Source: Terriglobia bacterium | GTDB taxonomy: Bacteria; Acidobacteriota; Terriglobia; 20CM-2-55-15 | Assembly: GCA_965218585.1 (NCBI GenBank) | Contig: CBDCLE010000008.1 | Location: forward strand, 1-64,000 | DNA: 64,000 nt | Reading direction: 5' to 3' | In this document: positions 21,011-31,729 of the stretch, in pieces | Numbering within the stretch: the first letter of the stretch is position 1 | Layout of the letters: every line of letters begins with the position of its first letter | The notes under the pieces: model-generated | The model's input: only the letters and a program-made list of their open reading frames with translations | What the model was told of the DNA's origin: nothing | Database searches by the model: none | Made by a program: the position numbers and the translations under genes

Positions 21011-22747
21011 TCAACTATCCTCTGTTGCCTTCGCGTGTGACCAGTCGTGAGGTTCGACAGTCACCGTCTTGAATTCCCTCAGGCGAACCAGACCTGGTTT
21101 TGCCTTCTTGGGCTTCGACACGAACTTGCGTTGCGTGTAGTGTACCTCTACCTTGTTCGAGTTGCGCGCTTGGGAGTAATAGGCTGCCAGTTGCGCCGCC
21201 CGGACCAGAATAGCTTCTTCCAGTTCGGTGTCCCGTGCCGGATTCCTGACGATGACGTGTGACCCGGTGTAATCGGCGACATGGAACCAGAAATCGTCCC
21301 CGGTCGCAACTCTGAACGTGAGTTCGTCGTTTTCCCGACTGTTCCTTCCAACCAGAACCTCGTGGCCGTCCAGTTCTATGGAGCGTCGCCGGCGAGGGCC
21401 GGGCCGGGCCCTAGGCCTGCCCGACGCAGTTGGTTGCTGCTTGCCAGCTCGAGTGTTCATCGCCAACCACGCGTCCCAGGTACCGACGGATCCAATCCGG
21501 TCTGCCTCCGCCTGAAGTTGGGCCTCGGCGATTTCCAATTCAGAAAGCTGCTTGCGAACCATCCCCATGCCGCGCTCCGCCTTATGGTGTTTTTTGAACA
21601 TCCTGTTGACGTTCTCGCGGAGCGTCTTAGAGGGGTCCAGTTCGATCGTCCGTGACTCGGGACCGTCGCCGAAGTAGTCGGTGACCTCGATGGTTTCATG
21701 ATGACGATCCATATCGGCCCCGCTGGCGACCAGCATCTGAGCCCGGGTCCTGAATTCGTCGGCCTCACTGTATTGCTGTTGTCGATCGAGAAGGCGCTCG
21801 TGTTGTTGGGAGAGGCGCCGCATTCGATCTCTGATCCGTTTCATCTGCGGCGACTTGGCCTTTTCCAGTAGCGTACGGGATTCCAGTTCCTCCGATACGA
21901 TTTGTGCGGCTTCAAGCATTCCAGGATACGTTTGGGCACCGTGCGTGTTGGCCAACGACTCCAGTTCGATTGGACTGAGGATCACTTTCTGGAGGGCCTG
22001 GATGTCGTTTTGTTCCAGAATCGCGCTGAAGGGCTTTTCCGAGTACACCCATGTCGTTGCGGCCGGCTCGAGCAGCTGAGCTACCAGATCCTTTATCAGG
22101 TCGGGCAATCCGCCCCCGGAAGTGGCTTTGCGACGTAGGATTTCGGCTGCGAATATAGGACCGACGCCCGCGATGTTTCGAATAAGCCAGTTCTTCGGAT
22201 CCTTGTCGAAATCGGCTTCCACAAACCATGAAGGACCTTCCTCGCGCGTCAGTGCCAGATCCGTCTTATTCGTGTTCGGGTAAGAGTACTCACCATATTC
22301 ATCGATTCCACGTTGTGGACCGGGCGCCACAACAGAGCCCAGTACTCGTCGGGCCCGATCCAGGAGGAAAAGGTTCGGTGAATTTGGCAGAAGCTCAGCG
22401 ACGAGGAAGACAGTTTCCAGTTCCGGGGCGGGTAGTGCGGTCTTGAACTTCAACTCTACGATACGCTCGGAGAGAGGCTTTTCTATTTCCAGAAGCTGGG
22501 CAGAGGCCAGGTGCTTCCTGAGGATCATCAGGAAGTCCGTCGTTACTGCCTCGACAGGTGGTCGTTCTCCCGAAACGTAGATCACGGGGTTTCGCGCATT
22601 GAGTGATAGTTTCAGCGCCGGTATCTTGACGGTTCGCGTCTGCAGCAGGAAACCGTTCGGATGGTGTTGGACCACACGCCTTACCACCATCCCCCGGGTT
22701 ACCGTCTTCAGTTGCTCGACCAGCGCGATGAGCGCGAAGTTTTCCAT
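21011..22747 (-). CDS. rqcH: NFACT family ribosome quality control protein RqcH/Rqc2 (FbpA-like)
   Basis: LRKHL..ER in NFACT-N, coiled coils, NFACT-R VGRNSRENDELT..WFHV..GSHV..AAYYS..YTQRKFV.KPK. Confidence 0.88.
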   Translation of the reverse strand: MENFALIALVEQLKTVTRGMVVRRVVQHHPNGFLLQTRTVKIPALKLSLNARNPVIYVSGERPPVEAVTTDFLMILRKHLASAQLLEIEKPLSERIVELKFKTALPAPELETVFLVAELLPNSPNLFLLDRARRVLGSVVAPGPQRGIDEYGEYSYPNTNKTDLALTREEGPSWFVEADFDKDPKNWLIRNIAGVGPIFAAEILRRKATSGGGLPDLIKDLVAQLLEPAATTWVYSEKPFSAILEQNDIQALQKVILSPIELESLANTHGAQTYPGMLEAAQIVSEELESRTLLEKAKSPQMKRIRDRMRRLSQQHERLLDRQQQYSEADEFRTRAQMLVASGADMDRHHETIEVTDYFGDGPESRTIELDPSKTLRENVNRMFKKHHKAERGMGMVRKQLSELEIAEAQLQAEADRIGSVGTWDAWLAMNTRAGKQQPTASGRPRARPGPRRRRSIELDGHEVLVGRNSRENDELTFRVATGDDFWFHVADYTGSHVIVRNPARDTELEEAILVRAAQLAAYYSQARNSNKVEVHYTQRKFVSKPKKAKPGLVRLREFKTVTVEPHDWSHAKATEDS

Positions 22748-22776
22748 TTACCTATTCTAGCGGTAATTCTTCGACT

Positions 22777-22831
22777 GTAGGTGCGGTCTATGACCGCACT
22801 TCTTGATTGTGCGGTCATAGACCGCACCTAC
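22777..22831. repeat. Inverted REP pair (REPIN-like doublet)
   Basis: REP at 22777-22799, 9-nt spacer, exact inverse at 22809-22831. Confidence 0.92.
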
Positions 22832-22834
22832 AGG

Positions 22835-23347
22835 TCAGATGCGTTTGACGAATGTGGCCGAGACTTTATCGGCCCACGTAAGGTGTTCCGGATCGATGAA
22901 GGCCCAAAGAAATCCGAAAAGGAGGGGCACGACGGAAATCAGGTAGCCAAAACTCCTGAGAAAAGCTTCGGTGGGAGCCAGGCGGTCTCCAATCCGGTTG
23001 ACCGCAACAAGACCGTGGATTCGCATCCCCGTTGTCTGGCTCATGCTCAACATGAACAACAAGAAATAGACGACGAGAAGAAGCAAGTAAGCAGCGCCGT
23101 AGATTCCAAGGATCCGGCGGTTCAGTGGGATCGGCACCGGCATTTCAGAGACGGTTGAGATGACGAAGATCATGTATAGCCCGAAGACGATCACCAGATC
23201 GGTCAAGAGGGCATAGGTTCGCGGTAGGAGAAGGCCGCGCTGGTACTCAGGGAGGGTGAATTCAGCGGCGTAGTTTTCGTCATCGAAGTCCAGTCCAGGC
23301 TGGATCTTGGATAAGTCGATGACCGTCCTACGACCCTTTCGTTGCAT
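22835..23347 (-). CDS. RDD family membrane protein
   Basis: R..A...D, QT.GMR..GL, LR and W.DKVS.T motifs. Confidence 0.85.
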   Translation of the reverse strand: MQRKGRRTVIDLSKIQPGLDFDDENYAAEFTLPEYQRGLLLPRTYALLTDLVIVFGLYMIFVISTVSEMPVPIPLNRRILGIYGAAYLLLLVVYFLLFMLSMSQTTGMRIHGLVAVNRIGDRLAPTEAFLRSFGYLISVVPLLFGFLWAFIDPEHLTWADKVSATFVKRI

Positions 23348-23409
23348 TCAGATGAATTTTATCACGGTTCTTGCGACCGGAAGTCCAATGTGATTTATCC
23401 TATTCATTC

Positions 23410-25482
23410 ATGCATGCTTGGATCTTAGTTCTCCTTCTGATGGCGCCGCCTCAGGATGAGCTCGTCGTGGACGCCGGACGACTTGAGCGCACAGGTAGTG
23501 TTCTGACCTACTCCGGTGACGTAGTTGTCACGTATCGGGATATTCGTGTGGAAGCGGATACGATTGTTTACGATGAATCCACCCAGATACTGGAGGCGTC
23601 GGACGGCGTGACGTTCGTTCGCGGCGAGGAGCGGCTCGCCGGTCGGCGCCTCGAAATCAATCTGGAGACGACCGCAGGATTGCTAACCGAAGCCACCGGT
23701 GCATTGGGTCCCGGTTATCTCATCGAGGCAGCTGAGGCCTACCGGTTGGAAGACGGTCGTTACGAGCTTTTCGATGCGACCGTGACCACCTGCGACGACG
23801 AAGGACATCCGGGATGGGAATTCCACACACCGCGGACAACGATCGATCCGGATGCAAACGTCAAGGCTGTCCATTCGGTGTTGCGGATCCAGGGTATTCC
23901 GGTTTTCTATATGCCCTACCTGAGCGCGCCGGTCCAGACACGGCCACGTTCTTCCGGTTTCCTTACGCCCCAGACTTCAACTTCCACAACTAAGGGGCGA
24001 AGCATCAGCGAGTCGTTTTATTATGTCATCAACCGGAGTGCAGATCTCACCCTGACGGGAGAGTACTTCACGCTGCGCGGTCTGGCCGGAGCGGCTCGGT
24101 TCCGCGCCGTTCCCAATGATCAATCCAGTGTCGAGATCGATACCTTCTTTGCCGATGATCGCAGGGGACAGGGTGGCCAGAGTGCGCGAATCCTGACATA
24201 CACCCAACGCGGCAACCTGCGCGCCGTGGCCGACATGAACCTGGTCAGTTCGTTTGTGTTTCGCCAGGTGTTCGAGGAAGGATTCGACGTGATCTCTTCG
24301 CCGACCGAACGGTCGCGTGCCTTCGCGACCTACGACACGCAGACCGCCAGCTACAATTTCCTTTACACGCGTCAGGGAACTTTCTTTGTCGACCAACCCA
24401 CTACGATCATCCGCAAGTTTCCGTCTCTCGGTATGTCCCTGCATGCGCGCCCGGTGGGTGACCTGCCCCTGTATTTCAGTTTCGATGGCAGTGTGGCGGG
24501 TTTGCATCGGCGCGATGCGGTGGCTGAAAGTTCCGGGTTCGTGGGACGCGTGGATATCCATCCGAAGGTAGAGATACCGATTTTGCGCGGCGCAGCCTTC
24601 AGCTGGAGTCACCAGCTTGGTGTTCGGGAGACGTTTTATTCGGACCGACAGAGGGTCGGGGACGAGCGCGATTCTCTGAATCGTCTGGCCTTCGACTACG
24701 GGTTCCAGTTCAGCGGGCCACAATTGGAGAAGCAGTACAGCAACTGGAGACACGTCATTGAACCGCAGGTCGAGTACCGGTATGTGACCGGTGTTGACGA
24801 ATTCGGCAATACGCTGCTGATCGACGATACGGATTTGTTCGTCGATACGAATGAAGTTCGCTATGGGATTACGAATCGATTCTTCACGGATCGTGAAGTG
24901 CTCAGCTGGACTCTGACGCAGAAGTATTATGCCGATCCGACCTTTGGTGGTGCGTTGGTGCCGGGTCGCGACAATGTTCTGGAACCGATTCTGGATCTGA
25001 CGGGATTCGGTTTTGCGGACGAAGCGCGGCGGTTCTCACCGCTGGTGTCTATTCTTCGCTTCTCTCCGCGCGCAAGTACGAGCACTGATCTACAGGTCGA
25101 CTACGACACCGTTCGGAGACAGTTCCGCAGTACCGGTATTATCGGTCGTTATCAGGCGGGTCCAACTTTCTACAACGTTGCCTATTTTTTCACCCGTAGA
25201 AGTTTGATTCAACTACCCAACAATCAGATCCGTGCGACCCTGGGATACGGCGATTCCCAACGCCAGGGTCTGAATGGCGCGATCAGCTTCGCATACAACA
25301 TCGATCAATCGATTCTGCAGGCCTCGACAGCACAGATTAGCTATAATACCGACTGCTACGGATTGCATCTGGAGTTCATGCAATTCGATCTGGGCCCCCG
25401 TCGGGAAAGCCGTTTTCGGTTTTCCTTTTCACTGAAAGATCTCGGATCGATCGGCACACTTGGGCAGAACCGTCTTTTCTAA
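23410..25482 (+). CDS. lptD: LPS-assembly outer membrane protein LptD
   Basis: Beta-jellyroll N-terminus, [33 protein letters not shown], beta-barrel C-terminus. Confidence 0.85.
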   Translation: MHAWILVLLLMAPPQDELVVDAGRLERTGSVLTYSGDVVVTYRDIRVEADTIVYDESTQILEASDGVTFVRGEERLAGRRLEINLETTAGLLTEATGALGPGYLIEAAEAYRLEDGRYELFDATVTTCDDEGHPGWEFHTPRTTIDPDANVKAVHSVLRIQGIPVFYMPYLSAPVQTRPRSSGFLTPQTSTSTTKGRSISESFYYVINRSADLTLTGEYFTLRGLAGAARFRAVPNDQSSVEIDTFFADDRRGQGGQSARILTYTQRGNLRAVADMNLVSSFVFRQVFEEGFDVISSPTERSRAFATYDTQTASYNFLYTRQGTFFVDQPTTIIRKFPSLGMSLHARPVGDLPLYFSFDGSVAGLHRRDAVAESSGFVGRVDIHPKVEIPILRGAAFSWSHQLGVRETFYSDRQRVGDERDSLNRLAFDYGFQFSGPQLEKQYSNWRHVIEPQVEYRYVTGVDEFGNTLLIDDTDLFVDTNEVRYGITNRFFTDREVLSWTLTQKYYADPTFGGALVPGRDNVLEPILDLTGFGFADEARRFSPLVSILRFSPRASTSTDLQVDYDTVRRQFRSTGIIGRYQAGPTFYNVAYFFTRRSLIQLPNNQIRATLGYGDSQRQGLNGAISFAYNIDQSILQASTAQISYNTDCYGLHLEFMQFDLGPRRESRFRFSFSLKDLGSIGTLGQNRLF

Positions 25483-25495
25483 ACAACACGCAGCT

Positions 25496-26464
25496 ATGCC
25501 ATTCCCTCTTCATCGCATGCGCCGATTGAGGCGTAAGGACAGGCTTCGGTCCCTGGTCCAGGAAACACGACTGAGTCGCCAGGCCCTGATCTATCCGATC
25601 TTCGTCTGTCCGGGTTCAGGTGTGCGCAACGAAATTCCGTCGATGCCGGGGCAGTACAACCTTTCGGTCGACGAAGCGGTCAAGGTCGCGGTCAAAGCGG
25701 AACAGGCGGGACTTGGCGGTCTCATGCTTTTCGGTATTCCCGAGTCTAAAGACGCAGTGGGCAGCGGCGCGTACGATGAAAACGGGATCGTCCAGCAGGC
25801 GCTAAGGGAGATCAGCAAGAGTGTCACTGAACTCGTGCTCGTCGCAGACGTATGCTTATGCGAGTACACCGATCACGGCCACTGCGGTGTGGTTCGCGAC
25901 GGATACGTGGTGAATGATGCTTCCCTTGAATTGTTGGCTAAGACGGCCCTGAGCCAGGCTCAGGCCGGGGCTGACATGGTGGCGCCGTCGGACATGATGG
26001 ATGGACGGGTGGACGCGATCCGGTCTGCCTTGGATGGGTCCGGTTTCGATGACATACCGATCATGTCCTACGCAGCCAAGTACTCGTCGGCTTTCTACGG
26101 TCCGTTTCGTGAGGCCGCAGGGGCCACACCGCAGTTCGGCGACCGGCGCAGTTACCAGATGGATCCGCCGAATGTTCGTGAGGCTCTGAGAGAAATCGAA
26201 ATGGATCTTGAAGAGGGCGCTGACATCGTGATGGTCAAGCCGGCTATGGCTTATCTTGACGTCATCGTTCGCGCGCGGGATGCTTTTACTGCCCCGCTGG
26301 CCGCGTATCAGGTGAGCGGTGAGTATTCAATGATCGAAGCGGCGGCGGGAAACGGATGGGTCGATCGGGAAAAAACGATTCTGGAATCCATTATCGCCAT
26401 CAAACGTGCCGGCGCCGACATCGTTATCAGTTACTACGCACTGGAACTTGCCGAGCTGTTGTAG
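25496..26464 (+). CDS. hemB: Porphobilinogen synthase
   Basis: [42 protein letters not shown]. Confidence 0.97.
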   Translation: MPFPLHRMRRLRRKDRLRSLVQETRLSRQALIYPIFVCPGSGVRNEIPSMPGQYNLSVDEAVKVAVKAEQAGLGGLMLFGIPESKDAVGSGAYDENGIVQQALREISKSVTELVLVADVCLCEYTDHGHCGVVRDGYVVNDASLELLAKTALSQAQAGADMVAPSDMMDGRVDAIRSALDGSGFDDIPIMSYAAKYSSAFYGPFREAAGATPQFGDRRSYQMDPPNVREALREIEMDLEEGADIVMVKPAMAYLDVIVRARDAFTAPLAAYQVSGEYSMIEAAAGNGWVDREKTILESIIAIKRAGADIVISYYALELAELL

Positions 26465-26532
26465 GAAGAGAAGTGACGAGCCCCCTTTCTGTGCCTCCGT
26501 GCCTCTGTGGTTATTTCCTGAACTGAAAAATT

Positions 26533-27804
26533 ATGAGTGAATCCGAAATCCTGTTCAATCGTGCGGAAAAGGTCATGCCTGGCGGAGTGAATTCTCCCGT
26601 CAGGGCTTTCAAAGCTGTTGGCGGAAGCCCCGTGTTTATTCAGAAAGGCGAGGGTTCACGAATCTGGGACGCCGACGGACGATCCTACATCGACTACATC
26701 GGGTCCTGGGGCCCACTGATCAATGGTCATAGACCGACGGCCGTGACAGAGGGTCTTCGAAGAGTGATAGACGAGATGGGAACTTCGTTCGGGGCTCCGA
26801 CCGCGTCAGAGGTTGAACTGGCCGAAGTGATCTGTAGCCGTTTTCCGTCGATCGACAAGGTTCGGCTCGTGAATTCGGGAACCGAGGCGACGATGAGTGC
26901 GATCCGCCTGGCTCGAGGTTTTACCGGTCGCGACAAGATTGTTAAGTTCGAAGGGTGTTACCACGGGCACGGCGACAGCCTTTTGGTAAAAGCAGGTTCC
27001 GGCGTTCTGACCCTGGGGCTGCCCGACAGTCCAGGAGTGCCCGCAGCTTTGGCCGAGTTGACCCTGGTCGCGGGATACAACGACCGTGGGAGTATTAAGG
27101 ATCTGTTTGCGCGAACAGGCGAAGAGATCGCGTGCGTCATAGTAGAGCCGGTTGCCGGCAACATGGGATGCGTGCCTCCGGCGCCCGGGTTTTTGGAATT
27201 GCTTCGGGAATTGACGACTGCGTCCGGCACCGTACTGATCTTCGATGAGGTGATGACTGGGTTTCGCCTGTCTTCGGGGGGTGCGCAGAACCGTTACGGT
27301 ATCCGGCCCGACCTGACGACACTTGGGAAGATTATTGGAGGCGGGTTGCCGGTTGGCGCTTACGGTGGCCGGGCCGACATCATGGACCGGGTGGCACCCG
27401 TGGGGCCCGTCTATCAGGCTGGGACACTTTCGGGTAACCCGCTGGCCGTCGCGGCCGGTCTGGAGACCCTGCACAGCCTGGATTCTGAGGAACCGTATGA
27501 GAAGCTCGAGCAGCTCGGTTCCCATCTGGAGCGCGGTATCAATGAAACCGCTGTCGAACGCGGTGTGCGCGTTCAAGTGAACCGCGTGGGCTCCATGCTT
27601 ACACTCTTCTTCGCAGATCAAGCCGTTACAGATTTTCCGTCCGCCAGGGCTGCCGATACGGCGCGTTTCGAAGAATTTTTCCGAAAGATGCTGGCCGAGG
27701 GTATCTACTGGCCACCTTCACAGTTTGAGGCAGCGTTCGTTTCGACGGCGCACTCCGAAAGCGACGTCGACGAGACGGTCGAGGCCATCGGCCGCAGTCT
27801 CTAG
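26533..27804 (+). CDS. hemL: Glutamate-1-semialdehyde 2,1-aminomutase
   Basis: [44 protein letters not shown]. Confidence 0.97.
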   Translation: MSESEILFNRAEKVMPGGVNSPVRAFKAVGGSPVFIQKGEGSRIWDADGRSYIDYIGSWGPLINGHRPTAVTEGLRRVIDEMGTSFGAPTASEVELAEVICSRFPSIDKVRLVNSGTEATMSAIRLARGFTGRDKIVKFEGCYHGHGDSLLVKAGSGVLTLGLPDSPGVPAALAELTLVAGYNDRGSIKDLFARTGEEIACVIVEPVAGNMGCVPPAPGFLELLRELTTASGTVLIFDEVMTGFRLSSGGAQNRYGIRPDLTTLGKIIGGGLPVGAYGGRADIMDRVAPVGPVYQAGTLSGNPLAVAAGLETLHSLDSEEPYEKLEQLGSHLERGINETAVERGVRVQVNRVGSMLTLFFADQAVTDFPSARAADTARFEEFFRKMLAEGIYWPPSQFEAAFVSTAHSESDVDETVEAIGRSL

Positions 27805-27869
27805 AACAATCTGAAGGACGCGACCAATGCTAAGTATTTGCCGTTGAATCGACTTGTGACGCCGCGCAA

Positions 27870-28030
27870 CGTGTTATGGAATCACTTAAAGCGTTCGGCT
27901 TTGGTGAGATCGGTTTGAAGAGCGAGGATTTTCTGTTGTTCAACTCGGCGTGCCTCCTGTTCGCATCGACATCATAACGTCGATTTTCGGTGTTTCATGG
28001 AATGAGGCGAATGCGGGGAGAGCGGAGGGC
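27870..28030 (+). pseudogene. Degraded fragment of a nucleotidyltransferase-like gene (DUF6036-type)
   Basis: KAFGFGEIGLKSEDF, frame change, then QLGVPPVRIDIITSIFGVSWNEA; no start or intact ends. Confidence 0.55.
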
Positions 28031-28159
28031 CGGCATTTCTCGTGTTCGTCAGAAGCAGGCAAAACCGCCAGGTGTTTTCGGTGGAAATTTTCTCGACAGG
28101 CAGTCCCGAGCCAACCGATTTTTCCTACCCGGCAGGAATTTCCTGTCCTCTGGTTGAGT

Positions 28160-28205
28160 TAAGTCATTGATTTTAAATCTGTTTCAATTTGGCACAGGAC
28201 ATGCA
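28160..28205 (+). promoter_or_regulatory. Sigma-54 (-24/-12) promoter with upstream IHF site
   Basis: TGGCACAGGACATGCA (GG-N10-GC) at 28190-28205; AATCAATGACTTA on the minus strand at 28160-28172 fits WATCAANNNNTTR. Confidence 0.75.
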
Positions 28206-28239
28206 ATTTCCATACTCGCCAGACGGAGGATTGGTTGTA

Positions 28240-28881
28240 ATGAGTTTAGCGAGTACCAACAGAGAATCGGATCCGCAGATCAGACTTGCTGAACTGGAAC
28301 GAAAGAACCAGATCCTCGAGGCCGAGAACGAGCAGCTTCGCGTATACAAAGACTACGCCTACACAGATGTCCTGACCGAGATCCCTAACCGCCGCTTCTA
28401 TCACGAGCGTCTCGTCCAGGAGATGGCGCGGGCGCGTCGTAGTCAACATCCGCTCGGCCTGGCACTTGTCGATTTAGATCACTTCAAAGAGATCAACGAT
28501 CAGATTGGACACCGGGCCGGCGATCAGGTCCTCAAGTTCTTCTCGCAGTTCTTGAGGGTGAACCTTCGCCAGGAAGACATCCTTTGCCGGATTGGCGGCG
28601 ATGAGTTCTCTATCATTCTTCCGGATACCGATTCACAGCGAGCCGAAATCTTCTTCGACCGCGTCAAGGCCAAGCTCGACCGAATCGATCTGTCGCTCGA
28701 CGGCCGTGACGACATCAGAGTGTCTTTCAGTTGTGGGATCGCTTCTTTCTCATCGGAATACAGTCCAGAGGATTTAATAGATCAGGCCGATCACGCCCTG
28801 TACACCGCGAAAGCGAGAGGACGCAACCAGGTTGTCGCCTCGGGCCAGAGTCCCGTTTTGGCCAATGGTTTCGTAAACTGA
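28240..28881 (+). CDS. Diguanylate cyclase (short coiled coil + GGDEF)
   Basis: D.LT..PNRR, DLDHFK.IND, I-site RQED, intact GGDEF; GGAGG RBS. Confidence 0.93.
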   Translation: MSLASTNRESDPQIRLAELERKNQILEAENEQLRVYKDYAYTDVLTEIPNRRFYHERLVQEMARARRSQHPLGLALVDLDHFKEINDQIGHRAGDQVLKFFSQFLRVNLRQEDILCRIGGDEFSIILPDTDSQRAEIFFDRVKAKLDRIDLSLDGRDDIRVSFSCGIASFSSEYSPEDLIDQADHALYTAKARGRNQVVASGQSPVLANGFVN

Positions 28882-28937
28882 ATTTCATGTGACGCATAGT
28901 CACACACACGAGTTTCCGTCCAAACAACAACTCCTGA

Positions 28938-28965
28938 CGGCGGTCTTCGGACCGCCGCTTTTTTT
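28938..28965 (+). terminator. Rho-independent terminator
   Basis: CGGCGGTC-TTCG-GACCGCCG followed by C and a T7 run. Confidence 0.85.
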
Positions 28966-28976
28966 GCCTGTTTTCC

Positions 28977-28999
28977 GTAGGTGGGCTCTATGAGCGCAC
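28977..28999 (+). repeat. GTAG-type REP variant GTAGGTGGGCTCTATGAGCGCAC
   Basis: Same family as 5704 and 7777. Confidence 0.75.
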
Positions 29000-29010
29000 A
29001 ATCGGGGAAA

Positions 29011-30369
29011 TCATCTGACGGACAGTAACTGACCCGCATAAATCCGGCTGTTCCGGAGTCCATTCAGGTTCATCAGTTCCTGAAGTCTCATGCCGAATAT
29101 TTCAGCGATTTCAGAGAGGGTGTCGCCGAGGCGAACACGGTATTCGCCACTAGAAGTCGCCTCTACCCCATCCAGAGCAGCGACGATGAGCGTTTCGCCA
29201 GCAAAGATCAAGTCGGTCGGCAGAGCGTTGAGGTTCATGATCTGATCAACAGTCGTCCTGTAACGGAGCGCGATCGTACCTAACGTCTCGCCAGAACCCA
29301 CACGATGCGTCTGCCCGCCGCTTGCATTCAACGGGGCGCGCGCGATGCGCGTAGCTGGAGTCGTGAAATCCATGGGGGCGTCCAAGGCGAGTTGACCGAA
29401 GTGAGTTTCGTAGTCGTTGTAGACATTGACTGCAGCAATGAACTCGGCGTAGAAGTTCTTGGAGGCGTAACCGAACGTTCGGCTGCTGTAGTTCCGGATA
29501 ATGGCAGCCATGTCCGAGCCATGTGCCCGCCTTGCCCGCGCCATACCCGCCCGCCCATGGTTGTAGGCAGAAATGGCCAGCGGCCACGACTGCAATGTTT
29601 CATAGTTCCCCTTGAGGAGTCTGGCCGCCGAACGTGTAGCGATGGCCGGATTCAAACGATCGTCCCGTCCTCGCGTGACTCGCATGAATTGCCGTCCCGT
29701 GGAAGGGATAAACTGCCAGATTCCCGCCGCACCTGCATAGGAACGGGCTTCATTCTGAAAGGACGATTCCACCAGGGGTAACAGTGTAATGACGGTGGGG
29801 ACTCCCTCGGCTTCAAACACTTCCTCGAAGTACTCTAGGTAGCGACCGGAACGGACAACACCATCACGGAAACGCTCCTTGATGCCACGCTGGACATGGA
29901 TACGTCCCTGGAGCACTGCGATGTCGCCAGCCCGCATGCGCACGCCGTCCGCCTCGATCATGTCGTAGAGGCGCCGTGCTTCGGTGCTGAGTCGATTCGG
30001 ATTCGATATGTTGCTTCGAACTTCGCTGAGGAGGTTCCGGACCCGCTGCACCCCGGAACGTCTCGACCGTTCGTTAACCACCGAGTAGATCAGGTCGACT
30101 CGCTGGGCATCGTGGATGATGAGATCGTCTTCACCATAAATCGTGAAGACCTTTTCCCAGAACTCGATACGGTCACCGATTCCATCTTCAGGAAAACCGG
30201 GAATCTCGGCAAAGGATGAAATGCTGAGGGCCGACGAAACGATCAGAAGAAGAACCGACCAACGCAATCTTGCAATCACGCGCTCTTGTCTCCGAATAAA
30301 TTTGTTAGTCCTCACTACGGACTGTTTACTAGCAAAGGATTTTATCATGAGGACGCATGTTAACGGCAT
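29011..30369 (-). CDS. MltD-like lytic transglycosylase with two LysM domains (start uncertain)
   Basis: LPLVESSF, AAGIWQFIPSTG, AYNHG; LysM repeats HRVGSGETL and YRVRLGDTL. Confidence 0.9.
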   Translation of the reverse strand: MPLTCVLMIKSFASKQSVVRTNKFIRRQERVIARLRWSVLLLIVSSALSISSFAEIPGFPEDGIGDRIEFWEKVFTIYGEDDLIIHDAQRVDLIYSVVNERSRRSGVQRVRNLLSEVRSNISNPNRLSTEARRLYDMIEADGVRMRAGDIAVLQGRIHVQRGIKERFRDGVVRSGRYLEYFEEVFEAEGVPTVITLLPLVESSFQNEARSYAGAAGIWQFIPSTGRQFMRVTRGRDDRLNPAIATRSAARLLKGNYETLQSWPLAISAYNHGRAGMARARRAHGSDMAAIIRNYSSRTFGYASKNFYAEFIAAVNVYNDYETHFGQLALDAPMDFTTPATRIARAPLNASGGQTHRVGSGETLGTIALRYRTTVDQIMNLNALPTDLIFAGETLIVAALDGVEATSSGEYRVRLGDTLSEIAEIFGMRLQELMNLNGLRNSRIYAGQLLSVR

Positions 30370-30378
30370 GAAAGCGCG

Positions 30379-31722
30379 TCACAGTTTCTTCAGAAGAGCG
30401 TGCGCCCCAACAAGCAACGGATCCCACAAGCTACCGTATGGGGGCGTGTAGGAGAGATCCAACTGGGTCAGTTCCTGCACTGTCATCGACGACATAATCG
30501 CGGTCGCCGCAACGTCGATACGCTTGGACACATCTCCGTAACCGATCGATTGAGCTCCGATCAGTCTCTGGTTGTCGCGGTCTGCGATGAGCTTGATCCA
30601 TATCTTCCGGGCCCCGGGGAAGTACCCGGCCCGGTCCAGCGCCTCGATTCGAACCGATACCGTTCTCATCTGCTCTGCTGAGGCCTCGTCCGAGGTCAGG
30701 CCTACGCGGCCGACAGCCAGGTCGAAGACCTTAAGGATAGTTGTACCCACCGTGCCTTGGAATTTGCTCCTTTTGCCTGCAAGGTTGTCACCGGCAACGC
30801 GTCCCTGTTTCGCGGCTACGGTTCCAATGTGATGGAGAACAGGCCGGCGCCTCAAAAGGCAATAAGCTTCGGCGCAATTGCCCGCTGCGAAAATTCCGGG
30901 AACGTTGGTCTCCATGTATTCATTAACCGCGATGCCTCCCGTTGCGCCGAGACGTACACCCGCTTCGGAGGATAGCTCCACGTTTGGAACGACACCGGTG
31001 TCCAGCATGACTGCATCCGCTGGAGACACGCCTAACGATCCACGCGCCTTGACGCCGTTTACATGTGTGTCGTTTCCAACGAGCGCCTCGACGGGGGTCT
31101 GGGCGCGGACCTCCACACCGTGGCGCAAAAGCTCGTATTCGATGATCCGGGCCATGTCTGTGTCGATGCCGGGCATGACGTGATCGCGCATCTCGAATAT
31201 CGTTACAGCCTTCTTCTTTTTGCGCAGAGCTTCGGCCATCTCCAGTCCCACGTACCCGCCACCTATTACCGCAACTCTGTCGGCGTTATCCAGAGACGAT
31301 CGAATCTGGACTGCGTCATCGAGGGAGTTGATCGAAAAAACGTTTCCCAGTGAGGTTCCAGGAATGTTGGGATGGGACGGCCGGACTCCTGTTGCCAGCA
31401 GCAGCCGGTCAAAAGGAAAGGTTAACGACTCTCCCGTGTCGGTGCGACGTACGTCGATGCGTTTTCTTGATGGAAGGACGGCTTCGACGCTCGCATTGAC
31501 GTGGGCTTCGATATCTCGTTTCCCTTTGAGTGTACCCGGCGTGAAGTTGACCAGATCATCTGAAGATACCTCGTCGGCCATGAAATAGGGAATACCGCAC
31601 GTGCCGTAGGAGATGAACGGGCTTCGCTCCAGCACCGTGACGTCCAGACGGGGATCGAGGCGCTTGGCGCGCGATGCGGCGCTCATTCCCGCTGCGTTTC
31701 CACCAACGATTACAATGCGCAT
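30379..31722 (-). CDS. FAD-dependent CoA-disulfide reductase / NADH oxidase family
   Basis: GGNAAGMSAA, SYGTCGIPY redox Cys, GGGYVGLE, LSYTPPY. Confidence 0.88.
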   Translation of the reverse strand: MRIVIVGGNAAGMSAASRAKRLDPRLDVTVLERSPFISYGTCGIPYFMADEVSSDDLVNFTPGTLKGKRDIEAHVNASVEAVLPSRKRIDVRRTDTGESLTFPFDRLLLATGVRPSHPNIPGTSLGNVFSINSLDDAVQIRSSLDNADRVAVIGGGYVGLEMAEALRKKKKAVTIFEMRDHVMPGIDTDMARIIEYELLRHGVEVRAQTPVEALVGNDTHVNGVKARGSLGVSPADAVMLDTGVVPNVELSSEAGVRLGATGGIAVNEYMETNVPGIFAAGNCAEAYCLLRRRPVLHHIGTVAAKQGRVAGDNLAGKRSKFQGTVGTTILKVFDLAVGRVGLTSDEASAEQMRTVSVRIEALDRAGYFPGARKIWIKLIADRDNQRLIGAQSIGYGDVSKRIDVAATAIMSSMTVQELTQLDLSYTPPYGSLWDPLLVGAHALLKKL

Positions 31723-31729
31723 CGCGTCA

